A DNA stretch of 64,000 nt, from positions 72,602,001 to 72,666,000 of the forward strand of contig OX638152.1 in assembly GCA_951804945.1 (NCBI GenBank), given 5' to 3'. Origin of the DNA: Podarcis cretensis (taxonomy: Eukaryota). A program made the position numbers and the translations under genes. Positions within the stretch are counted from its first letter, which is position 1, and the number at the start of each line of letters is the position of its first letter. The notes beneath the pieces are model-generated. The model worked only from the letters and a program-made list of their open reading frames with translations, was not told the DNA's origin and ran no database searches. Positions 38,901 through 49,500 of the stretch are shown here, piece after piece.

Positions 38901-39460
38901 CTGTTCTTAACCTGAAGCACCACTTTAGCTAATGGGGCCTTCCACTGCCACTGTGCCACCACCACACAATTTCTGTTCTCATCATGAAGCAAAATTCTTA
39001 ACCCGAGGTAATATTTCTGGGTTAGCGGAGTCTGTAACCTGAAGCGTCTGTAACCTGAAGCGTCTGTAACCCGAGGTACCACTGTACTAAGGGTGTATTT
39101 CTGCCATGTGTACTAGGCAGTGGCATAGCGTGGGTTGTCAGCACCCGGGGCAAGGCAAGTAATTTGCGCCCCCTCTGCCCTAGGGGCAGAGAGCTGCGAG
39201 TGTGAGCGCCCCCCCCCCAGATGTTGCGCCCGGTGCGGCCGGCCCCCCCTGCACCCCCCACGCTACGCCACTGGTACTAGGTAACAAAAGTAAGCATGCA
39301 GTAGGATTCAACCTCTTCCTTCTCACTCTCTTCTTGATGAACTGTGCTCAGTATAATGTATTCAGAATGAAAACTGCTTGGAGAAAATGCATATACTGTA
39401 GTTCCCAAAGGAGGAAACAAAGAACAGAGGGGAGAGGGGAAAAATCCACTTACCAGGCAT
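25206..39460 (-). CDS. GYG2: Glycogenin-2, about 374 aa. Coding exons in transcript order: 39460-39454, 36367-36226, 33557-33383, 32451-32289, 31490-31364, 29671-29449, 29001-28876, 25367-25206
   Basis: [15 protein letters not shown]..., [63 protein letters not shown], and C-terminal [26 protein letters not shown] (glycogen synthase binding). All junctions are GT/AG and phase-consistent (1125 nt). Lies between XG and ARSD as in human. An extra phase-0 exon between 28876 and 25367 cannot be excluded. Confidence 0.93.
26455..26959 (+). mobile_element. L2-clade LINE 3' end with (TAT)n tail
   Basis: [14 protein letters not shown]...VLVLTFKAL-like coding remnant. Shorter copies at 37669-37945 (+), 49449-49731 (-) and 14784-14950 (+). 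Confidence 0.88.
27160..27303. mobile_element. hAT-type MITE
   Basis: TIR TAGGGTTGCCATA, 8-bp TSD actaacac. Confidence 0.88.
28876..29001 (-). CDS. GYG2: GYG2 linker exon ([12 protein letters not shown]...)
   Basis: 126 nt, open, phase 0/0, tag| ... |gtaagt; low-complexity linker. Confidence 0.75.
29449..29671 (-). CDS. GYG2: GYG2 exon ([17 protein letters not shown]...)
   Basis: 223 nt, tag| ... |gtaat. Confidence 0.93.
31364..31490 (-). CDS. GYG2: GYG2 exon with the autoglucosylation Tyr region (GGDQGLLN...VYTYAPAFQ)
   Basis: 127 nt, tag| ... |gtaag. Confidence 0.95.
32151..32243 (-). pseudogene. Degenerate duplicate of the GYG2 DxD exon
   Basis: Reverse strand reads (R)[11 protein letters not shown]...WTLT...[12 protein letters not shown]|gtaagg. 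Same donor as the real exon, with an internal deletion, a stop and a frameshift. Confidence 0.8.
32289..32451 (-). CDS. GYG2: GYG2 exon ([19 protein letters not shown]...GSFD)
   Basis: 163 nt, tag| ... |gtaag. Confidence 0.95.
32869..33241. mobile_element. pogo/Tigger-type MITE
   Basis: TIR CCGTATTGGCC.GAATATAAGC, TA TSD. Confidence 0.88.
33383..33557 (-). CDS. GYG2: GYG2 exon with the DxD motif (FMDADTL)
   Basis: 175 nt, cag| ... |gtaag. Confidence 0.95.
33682..34163. mobile_element. Tc1/mariner-type MITE
   Basis: TIR CAGGCATCTCC.CACT, TA TSD. Confidence 0.8.
34464..34714. mobile_element. Tc1/mariner-type MITE
   Basis: TIR CAGTYGTACCTTGGTTTT, TA TSD; a degenerate relative lies near 28124-28284. 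Confidence 0.85.
36226..36367 (-). CDS. GYG2: GYG2 exon ([12 protein letters not shown]...)
   Basis: 142 nt, cag| ... |gtgag. Confidence 0.95.
37669..37945 (+). mobile_element. L2 3' fragment
   Basis: Closely similar to 26670-26959. Confidence 0.85.
38010..38141 (+). mobile_element. CR1 LINE 3' fragment; others near 14523-14580 (-) and 31085-31145 (+)
   Basis: ggttggactagatgacc...ggtcccttccaactct..gattctatga, the CR1 terminus. Confidence 0.75.
38403..38730 (-). mobile_element. Sauria SINE
   Basis: TSD cccactgaaataaa; small deletion in the head. Confidence 0.9.
38843..39084. mobile_element. Tc1/mariner-type MITE (242 bp)
   Basis: TIR CAGTGGTACCTCGGGTTA, TA TSD. Confidence 0.9.
39118..39273. 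mobile_element. hAT-type MITE
   Basis: TIR CAGTGGC.TAGCGTGG, 8-bp TSD gtactagg. Confidence 0.88.
39454..39460 (-). CDS. GYG2: GYG2 start-codon exon (ATG CCT G)
   Basis: aaggATGCCTG|gtaag. Phase 1 completes V-T-D-Q in the next exon. Likely acceptor at 39502-39503. Confidence 0.75.
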
Positions 39461-40378
39461 CCTTTAAAGCCAACAGGGTAAGCTGCTAAGTAAATCCAAT
39501 ACTGATGGGAGAGAGAAGGGTTCCCAGCAGGCCTGTCTCACTCAACAAATCACCAGATAAGATTAGCCTCTTTCTTTCCTGCTGATGAGAGCAAGTGAAT
39601 TAAAACATTCATTCACACATTCCCCAGATTGTATGTGGCCCCAGATTGCTGTGGGGCCTCAGGGACAAATCCAACCTCACTTCGAGAGAAAGAAGGAAAG
39701 ATGTCGGAGGGAGAGGGAAAAGAAGGAACTTGATCCTTCCTACTGTTCAGGACCCACCAAACTTTCCTTTGGGTGGTCGATCAAAAAAGGAAACTCAATA
39801 CAAATCTTTTAAAGGCTGTGCAGAAGCACACGTGAGCACGTCTCCTTCCATTCCCTTTTACCAGCAAAAGGAGGCCCAGTTTCATGTTCCTTCCTTCACA
39901 TTCCCCAGCAAAATATTGACTCTTTGATATCTGACCGTGCATTTGCAGTTGAGAGGGAGAAAAGCAGAAGGTGACCATTAACAAGGCTAAAACGAAGAAT
40001 GAGTCTCGCAGCAGCCTAACAGGCCGGTGGTTTTTGGCGATCGTTTTTGTTTTCTCCAGCTAGCCCCCACTTCTTCCAACAGCACGATGCTACAGGGACG
40101 TTCACTCCGGAGCAAGCCCGTCAAAGTTCAGCGGCATGTAACTCCGCGTGATGAGGGCTGCAACCACAGCGCCCGGTCCTCTGCACGCCTGCTTGCATGC
40201 GAGCTCAGGAGGACTTGCTTCTGAGTAGGCGCACACAGGCTAATGCCTCGACGATCCTCAAGGTTGCCCCAAGGCTCGTGGCGGGTTTGCTATAACAGAG
40301 CAAGGCAATAACAACCCTCATCCATGCGTTGGCAACCACCCTGTGCTGCCCCCCTCCATCCGCCCACGGGGTGAGGGG

Positions 40379-40509
40379 CATGGGCGTTGCCAAAGGGGGC
40401 AGGAGGGGGCAGCTGCCCCCCCCAATCAATGAAAATACTTAACTAAATGAGGTTCTGCCCTCGCAAAAAAGTCTGCACCCCCCTAACGTAAATCCTGGCT
40501 ACGCCCATG
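40379..40509. mobile_element. hAT-type MITE
   Basis: TIR CATGGGCGT.GCCA, 8-bp TSD gtgagggg. Confidence 0.85.
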
Positions 40510-40599
40510 GTGAGGGGAATGGGTGCTATTAGCAGGACATAGTCCAACCTTGGGCCAGCCACTGCCTCTCAGCCGATCCTACCTCGCAGGGTTGTGGCG

Positions 40600-41310
40600 C
40601 AAGACACGTGCGCCATCTAGAGCTTCTTGGAGAACAGGTGGGCTATAAATGCAATAGCCCCTTCCTGCCTCCATCAAGGGAGAAATCCTGGCTCTCCCCT
40701 CCCCTCCCCTCCCCTCCCCTCCCCTCCAGTGCAAGGGCAAGGCTGCTGGGCGCCCCTCGGATCGCCTTCCCCGCTTACCCTTCCGGCTCCATCCCTGCTA
40801 CCACTCCACACCATGCGCGTCCCCTGCTCTGCAAGCGGCGCTGCCCTCTGCAAGTCCTCCAGGCGCCCTTGGGGGCTTCCACGGGCAGCTCGGCCGACGC
40901 GTCGCTGCTCTCTGCCCAGTCGCCGCCGCGGCCAGCCGACGGGGCGAAAGGCAACCTGTGACGCGCCCCGCTCCCAGGCAGCGGGGGCGGGGCCTCGCGC
41001 TCATTGGCCCTCGCCGCGACCCCGCCCCTCCCTCCGCCAAGCCAAGCAGTGTCCGGGCCCCGTCGCGGAGAGGGGCTCGCCAGGCGCGCGGCGACAGAGC
41101 GGGAGCGAAGCTAGCTCTGCTGCAGCATCAAACAGGCTGCGTTGGGGCCGGAGCGGGAGGGGGGGGGTCGATCTGGTCACTTGGAGGTTGGGAGTTGGTA
41201 AAAAGATTTATATGCCGCTGAAGAAAAAGCAGTGAGCACAGGGGTGCCAAGTTGAATAAAGTAGGGGGATTGCAGAATCGATCACAAGACGCGCTGCGCC
41301 GCGCACACCC
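40600..41310 (-). promoter_or_regulatory. CpG island / GYG2 promoter and non-coding first exon (donor after 40779)
   Basis: High GC and CpG content. GC boxes (ggggcgggg near 40984, cccgccc near 41021), CCAAT on the - strand near 41004, TGACG near 40959, and a gtaagc donor at 40778-40773. Confidence 0.8.
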
Positions 41311-41799
41311 CATTTGAATGGCAGTGCCCATCAACTTGGGCGGGGGGCAGCCCTTCAAATAAATTTATTTTTGTTGAAAGGGCCTCGGCCCCTAGGAGTT
41401 GGCTCCTGTGGGTGTGCATAATCGATACAATACAAAACGACAATCAAAAGATTTTAGAAACAAGTCGACGTCATGAAATTATCCGAATAAGTCAAGATAG
41501 GGAGGGTTGGAGCTCCTGGACCCTTTGTTGGTTCGTCTTTTCTCATTCCCATCCCTAGTTAAATCGCTCTCCCTAGTCTTGCCTTCGGCGGGGACGGCCT
41601 CATTAAAAATGATCGTTGTGAGTTGCTAGAGTTGGCACTCTTTAGGGTTCACTTGTTCTGCCTCTCGTATGCATCAGAGAGAGAGAGAGACTGCGTAACT
41701 GAGGGGGAAATTACGTGGATGGATGGGGAGGGCAGAGAGAAACTATGTTAGAGTATAAAAAACATAAAATACTTGATAACAAGAAGAAGGGGCCATATT

Positions 41800-42030
41800 G
41801 GAGTCAGTGTGGCGTAGTAGTTAGTGTGTTGGGCTAACCCTGGAGCACCAGGATTCAAATCTCTGCTCAGCCATGAGTCCCAGAGGGTGACCTTGGGCCA
41901 GTCTCTAAGTCAGTCTGCCTCTTAATCTCACTTACCTCACAGAGATGTGGGGATCAGAGGCATACCTAGCCTTCCCTGCACCATTGGAAAGGAGATATAT
42001 TGAAGTGCATGGACGGATATAAATGTCATA
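41800..42030 (+). mobile_element. tRNA-derived (MIR/CORE-like) SINE
   Basis: A-box tggcgtagtagtt, B-box ggattcaaatc, and tgaccttgggc core. Confidence 0.6.
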
Positions 42031-44662
42031 ATAACAACCCCAAAGGTAGAGAAGAGGGGCTTAACTTTCCTCTCCCTGTCAAAAGCTTTCCTGGCTGCTA
42101 TTTGCCTTGAGGGGAGAGTGAGGTGGTTGCCTCAGCAATATATTATGGGTGTCATGAAAAGGCAGCAAAATGTTAGTTATTTAATGTAGTGTATGGCAGT
42201 ATTTTTAAGCCACAGATAGGGAGAAATGTGCATGTGTTTTTTTCCTTCTGTCTCGACTGGTTGGGCTGCATTGACACAACAGTTTATTCCATTTCCCTGA
42301 CATTGCACATTATATTTTAGCTTCCACGTGACATAAAGGCCTTTTCTGGAAATCTAGTGGAATCTTGTGAAAATTTAACACTCATCTCCATATTAATTGG
42401 CAGTGGTGGGGTGTGTGTGTGTGTGTGTGTGTTTGATCTGCAAAATGGAGTGAGGGAGAAATGGTTAAATTCCCCTCCCCAGGGAATAAGGCCCAAATCT
42501 GAATTTAGATTCTCCTTCACCTCAATATGGCTGTCTTTAAGCAAAGGAAAGAATGAGGCTCCACCATGAAGCCTGGGCATATCACATACTGCAGCTCCTG
42601 AGTCGTATGCTTCATATAGTAAGGATTTTTGCTATCAGATTTCTCTTACATCTCTGCTTGTTGCCTTCAGGCAATACCTGGCCAGAGTTCTTGTGCTTAC
42701 TTGAGAAAGGAATGTTAATAACCCACAATATTCAAGTGGTGTGTCTCCATGGGAACTAATTGTTAGAAGATTGCTTCCTGACACTGAGAAAGGGTTGTGG
42801 GGCACATATTTCCCCCTCCCAGATAAGAATGATGGAATCTTGGTTTGTGCATGGAAAGAAATAATAGAAAGGGTGGTTGGTTTTGAGTCCAGAGAACAAC
42901 ACAAAGGGCACTTCCAGACTGTCACTGTTTGACAATTTCAGGTTTCACAGTTACATTTAAACTCTCATGCAACAAACGTGTGCCCCCGCTGCTCTTAGAA
43001 GTGAGCATAACAACATTTAAAGACAATTACAGTATCTGACAAGGGCAATCTAGCCATTGCAAAATAAAGTTATATAGCAAAGGAAGTACTTAAGAACATA
43101 GCAATTGAACCTTGGTATGAGAATTGGGGTGCTACAACTGCTCACCCTTTTGATGAAATATTGTAGGGTATGAACTTAAGTATCAAAACAAACAGATAAG
43201 GAAAGGCTTCTAAGGCACAATGCAAACACCTGGCCTCACTTTAGATGAAAGTCAGGGCTGGGCTTGTTTATACTGAGAATACTTTTTTGAAATATGGCTA
43301 AAGACCACACACAAAGGATTCCATTTCAGGCTCTCTCTTTTTTTTTTACTTTTCTTTTAATGTGCAGCATATTAATATATTTAAATACTTATTCCATTGC
43401 AATAGTTCTTCATTTGGCACAATTGTTCAGGTGCAGTTTAGGACAGAAAGGAAAACAAGAAGAACATAACCCCCCCCCCCATAAATTCTGCAAAATACAA
43501 CTGATACACTAACAAAGATGGTCATGAGAAATCATTATGTATTAAAAATAGACAGAAAAGTCAGGGGTAGGGAAAAATCCCACCACCACTTTTAAATACA
43601 ATATCCCTAAGCCAGAAACCCCTGAGCCCAACTAGTAGCTTTGCGGATACTAGTAGAGTTTTTAACACTGCACAATGCACAATTCATTTTTTTATCATAC
43701 CAGACTGACTCCAGATGGGAATGTGCATTCAGAAACATGTTTATTTGTTCATGTGGATCCACATATCTGATTGAGGGTTATTGCTTGCAAGTGAACCCAG
43801 TGTATTTCATATCTCACAGATACCAATAGATTGCATTAAAGACTCACTACCCTGTTCTTCCAGACAATTGACTAAAATCAGAAACCTCAACAAAGTAACA
43901 TTAGCAACCAAAATAGATCTAAAAAGCAGATTTCACTAAAATGCAGAAGAAAATAAAATAGCCTTTGCCAAGTACTTAAGAGCATGCCACCAACAGATAG
44001 ATCTGGGGAGGTCATTCCATTGCCAGGGCAGCACAACCAAGAAAGCCTCATAGCCAGTTGTTATTCACTGAATATCTGGTGCTGGAAACTCCAAGACCAG
44101 GGTCTCTGTTATTGATTCTAATACACAGACAGGTTTGTTGGGAGAATGCAGTTTTTCATATGCTCTGGATCTGATGCTGCATTTACTGACTAGGACATCT
44201 GCTGCTTAATAAAATATTACCAAAATGCATTAGGCTCATCCAAATAATGAGTAATGTCTGAACTGAGATAAATCACATCATATTGTCATTACAAAGATTT
44301 ATTGATATTCTGATTGTCAGTGGCAAATAAACCTGCGTATTGCTCAAAGCTACCTCCAGGGTAGCGACCATGTTCCAATTACTCCCTGAGTAAAACAGAA
44401 AATATAGTTGAAAGACTTTCCCCCCCTACAAAGTATGACATTTAGAAACATTTTATGTCATATTAATGAAGAACTCTCGTGTAGTTGTGTGCAATTAATT
44501 AGTCTCTAGCTTTGAAATACTGGTTAACAGTTTTCACTCAAGGAAAATGCCATATTATTGAAAACCTCAATGGGAGAATTTATACATAAATGTAACATAG
44601 TGCGTGAGAGTTTATAGATGATCTTCTGGAGGTCAATATTTCTCAGTTGGTTTCTTGATGGT

Positions 44663-44679
44663 TTAGACAACTGCCCCAC
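44663..44679 (-). CDS. XG: XG terminal coding exon (GGAVV*)
   Basis: tttcattttag|GT GGG GCA GTT GTC TAA. Candidate AATAAA (- strand) at 44298-44303. Confidence 0.7.
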
Positions 44680-47600
44680 CTAAAATGAAAGATGTCATAT
44701 CAATTTAAAATAGAGGCATGCATTACCCAAAGTGCAGTGCAATGCAAATACACTAACTAGGGAGAAAACCCCATTGAACACAATGGAACTTGCTTCCAAA
44801 TAATGACAAATGCGGAGGATTATGCTGCAAGCCCTTATAATTTGGTGAAATCCATGCACAGAACAGAGCCTATATGCTCAAAGGAACCATGAGTTTGTGT
44901 AATCACTGGTTTATCAAACTTTTACATGGCAATTGTATCTGCTGTGACTGCACTGGTAATTCTTCCAGTAAACCTGTCAAGTGTGCATTCCTAAACACAA
45001 GGGATATGCAGTGCTCTCTTTTTTCTTAAAAAAAAATGTTTAGGGGTACTCTAATTTTCCTACTCATATTGAAACACTGCCCCTCTATGCGTACCCCTGT
45101 GTCCCCCCAGAAAAAAAGCACCGGGGATATGCAATTGTGAGCTTCCTAATTCATGTCCTTGAACACTTAATAACTTTATTTCATGTGTGTTTATGATTCC
45201 AGCCTTAATGTAGCTTAGAAATCTGGCATGACAGAAGTTGAAACCAGAAAGATTTATTCTAAATGTTAAATAGTATTTCTCAGCTGTAGTATTTCTACTT
45301 TTGTAGAAAAGAATGCATTTTCCCCCACTCTTTTGAATCTCTAGTTCTGCTATGGGTAATGCAGGGATTATTCTTTCTACCTCTGTTTGCTTGGAGAGTC
45401 AGATATCCCCAGTTATTCGGGAAGAGTCCAGAGTTCAGTGTTAGAGCACACGCCTTGCATACCTAACATTCTGGGTTTAGGAATGTGACTCTCTGACAGT
45501 AGAGGTGGGAAATGCCTTAAAAAGAGTTGACAGAGTAAATAGTAAAAGGCTAAACCAGAGGTGGGCAGAAGGAATCTAGCAATAAATCTCTGGGTGAATT
45601 GAAGTAGATTGGCAAGAACAAAGAATCTCTAACTCATCTCTTCAGTTTTGAATTTTCATTGCAAGTGGTTTCATCCATTAGAACCATGATTATTTTTTAG
45701 TTCATCATAGCAAATATGTAACTCTTACTACAGTTATTCTTACCTCTCGGTTTAAAACAGTATCTCTTTTTCTTGTAAGCAGTGTAGCCCGCTATCGCCC
45801 CACAGGCTAACAGCACAACTGCAATCACAACAGGAGACGAAATCTGAGCTGCCGAACTATCCACTAGAGAGAAGGGGAGGAAACACATATTTCTCTTCTG
45901 AAATATACAAATATTCTGTTTTAAGTATAGAAACTGAACCAGCACACTATGGTAGTTTCACACATGTATATTTTAAAAATTATAATAATCTGTGTCAGGG
46001 TGGTCTAATATTGTTTGTTTAAGAAAGAGAGATCTGAGTAGAACTGCTCAAAATCACAATAAATGAAGCAATGACTGACTACCAGGCTTTGGGAAGGAGG
46101 TGTGAGGATCTGACGGAGTCTTAGAGCCCTCACACCACCTTCCCAAACCCACTATCTGCCAGTGAGGGCTGGGGGGCATCAAATGTTACCAAGGGCTACC
46201 AGAAAAGGCCATGAGGGCCACATGCAGACCTCCCTGAATTAGAAGGGAAAGCAGCTACACACTGGAGCATGCTCTTGATCCATGTTGGGGACATAAATGG
46301 TTCCGTCCACAGATAACGCCTTCACCTGACTGCTGCTTACTTCAAACCGCAACTCCAGGGGGAAATAAATGCCTGAGGCTGGGAAAGTGATTTTCAGCAG
46401 ATGGGGGACCTCCAGCTACTTTTTATTTGAAATGAACATGGCCAGTTTAAGGCTGCTTTCTAAAAGCCCATTTATCGAAAAATGTACTTTGCTCCATAAT
46501 ATACTTCAACATATTTTTTTAAAAAAACTGTACACTAGCCTTACCAGTGTTGCCACCTTGATTTGAAATGTGCTCGTTGCCCCCTGAAATGAGAGACAGC
46601 AACAAAAACATGATTTTGGGGGGAAGAGAAATAGAGAAATGTCAAAATTACACCAAGCTATTTAGCAAGATTTGGTTAAAAATACTCTGCTACAGTTATG
46701 CCAGTTATTAGGATGTTAGCTTAACCTTTTGTGCTTTCATTCTGTATCAGCAGTAAGAATACGGATAATACATACTCCTCAGTCAATTACACCTTTTTGT
46801 AAACTCTTTGGCAGGACATTAATGTGGACATTAAGATGTTGCTAGGCCCCAACACAGATCAGCCTCAGCCAATAGCTAAGGATGAGTTGAAGTCCAACAA
46901 TATCTGGAGGACCACAGTTTCCCCATCTCTGGTCTACGAATTTCTAAGAGTGCAGCTAAAATAATGCTGATGATATGTTGCTATGATATGTTGAGAGGAG
47001 GACTGTGAACCAGTGTGAAGGACCTGAATCACTGTAGGTTACCTGCTGGTCCTGGAGGTGGAGGTCTCCCATCGTTGAGATCCAAATCATTAAAATCACC
47101 TACAAATAATTAAAATTATAGTATTAGTCCTTTTCTCCAAAGTATCCTTCCCAGCTTTTGCCAGGATGAATGCTAATATTTTGCAAACATCTTTCTTGGC
47201 TCAAAGGCAGTTACCTGCCTTCAGCCTATATCAACACCAGGGTTTCCCAAACTTAGGTCTCCAAGTGTTTTGGACTACAACTTCCATCATCCCTAGCTAG
47301 CAGGACCAGTGGTCAAGGGTGATGGGAATTGTAGACCAAAAACAGCTGGAGAAACCCTGATCTAGAGCTAGATATAAGAAATGAGCTATCTTTAACCTCA
47401 AAGCATCCAGTTGGAGTCTGTTCAAAGGCTACAATACCTAGCAGTCAGACAGAAAATTGCTGTTCTAACAACAACAAAAATAGTACAAATTTTCAAAAAG
47501 CACACATACTGTAAGATATGTGCTGTTTTTGCAGAATGACTCTGGTCTTCCCCAACCTGATCTATTCCAGATGTTTTGAACTACAACCCCCATCAGTTAC

Positions 47601-49449
47601 CCCTCCAATAGCCTTAAGTGTGTCTCAAGACAGATCTCCTATCATCACATCAATCACTTTGTTCCTAAACTCAGTCATAGTTATCAAAATATATAGGCAA
47701 CTAATTGCTTGTTAAACAGCCTTTTGCATTTACCACAAATTATGCTTACCAGAATTAATATGGCTTCCTGGCTGTGGACGTGGACGTGGGTATGGCTGAG
47801 GGTTCGGAGGGGGACCATCTAGAAATGACAGGTACAATTTGAAGAAATGAAAAATCAAAACAAGGCACAGAATTCCTGCTTGCTTGCTTGCTTGAGCCTT
47901 TGCTGGGCTTTCGTTCTAGAAATGCCTTGTAGGTTTCCATCTTGAAAGGTTGAGCCTAACATGCCCTAACTGGTTTTACAGGGTTTCCTTTTTCTTTTTT
48001 AAAGTTTAGTTTTGTTTAGTTAAAATCAGTCCTGATGATTACGGTATTCCTTTTTAAAAAGTTTACATAAATATCTGTGTTATGTTACAAAAACACCATA
48101 TTGGACCATTGTGCTAAGGAAAAAATAGCCAATTTACTTGAGTTCTGTTGATACTTCTGTGTCGGTAGTGAGAGCACAGATGTGGTAATCACAAAAAGCT
48201 CATGCACCCATTATTCTTTCTAAACAGTATGGATGAAAAATGCCAAACACACTAAGAAGCAAGATGCAACATAGGGGATGCAGCATGTGAGTCTTATGAT
48301 GCAATGCATATTTAAGGCTGTAATCCTATGCACCTTGCCTGAGAATAAGGACTATTGAAGATAGTATGATTTCCAAGTAAACATTCCTAGGATTATAATA
48401 TCTTGCTTGTATGGTGGTGCAAGGCCTACATACCTTCATAAATTAACTACTCCATTTTTTCTGTATTGCATCCTAAATATACCTGAAACTAGACTGAAGG
48501 TGTTAACTTGTCAATTTTAATGTTGACCCTGATTTCGCAGTCACAATGAGTTCATAAATTCATAGAATGCACATGGAAAGGGCTAAAGTCTGATTCATAA
48601 CCCTGTTAATCCAGATTGCATGGACTTAAATGAGTAATACAGACTGTGTTTAGATGAATTTAAGTTGAATTAGCATTATGAGTTTAAACCCAACTAATCG
48701 GAGTTCATTGATTTGTAGATTTAGCTGAAAAATATATGAAAAGATTACTGCAAAATGTAGGGGATGGACAAATACTTACCACCAGCACCGAGGGCATCTC
48801 CTAAGTGAAAGTCAGGATCTAAAAGAAATAAAAATATATTACAAATAGATGAGCATTATCAGTGTAGATAAAATTCCAGTTTTCAACAATAAATGAAAGT
48901 ATTAAAATAGAAAACAAATATGAACAATTATAACAGCTATCCCATGTCTACACCCAAACATTTCATCCCATTGTTTATAATCCATCTTTTACTCTAAAAT
49001 TGGGTAGGGATCCTGCAGCCCTTCAGATATTATTGAACTCCCATCAGCCACACCCATCAATGGTCAGTGATGATGGGAATTGTCCTGCAACATATGGAAT
49101 GCCACAGGTTCCCGTTCNNNNNNNNNNNNNNNNNNNNNNNNNNNNNNNNNNNNNNNNNNNNNNNNNNNNNNNNNNNNNNNNNNNNNNNNNNNNNNNNNNN
49201 NNNNNNNNNNNNNNNNNNNNNNNNNNNNNNNNNNNNNNNNNNNNNNNNNNNNNNNNNNNNNNNTTTCAGGGCTGATCTGCTCCAGTCAGACATGTTAAGA
49301 GAACATTTCAAAAAAAAAATCTCATAATAACAAGGAAAATTTAGGATAGAACTTAGAAAAATACTAATCTAATAAGGATTTCTAAAACATTTATGCTTAT
49401 ATAACTCTAATTATCAGAAATAAACACTCTTTTTTATTTTAAAAGTGAA

Positions 49450-49500
<51 letters not shown>

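Noticed and set aside
40608-41358. Long overlapping ORFs, up to 202 aa
   Set aside because: By-product of the GC-rich CpG island; no recognisable domain.
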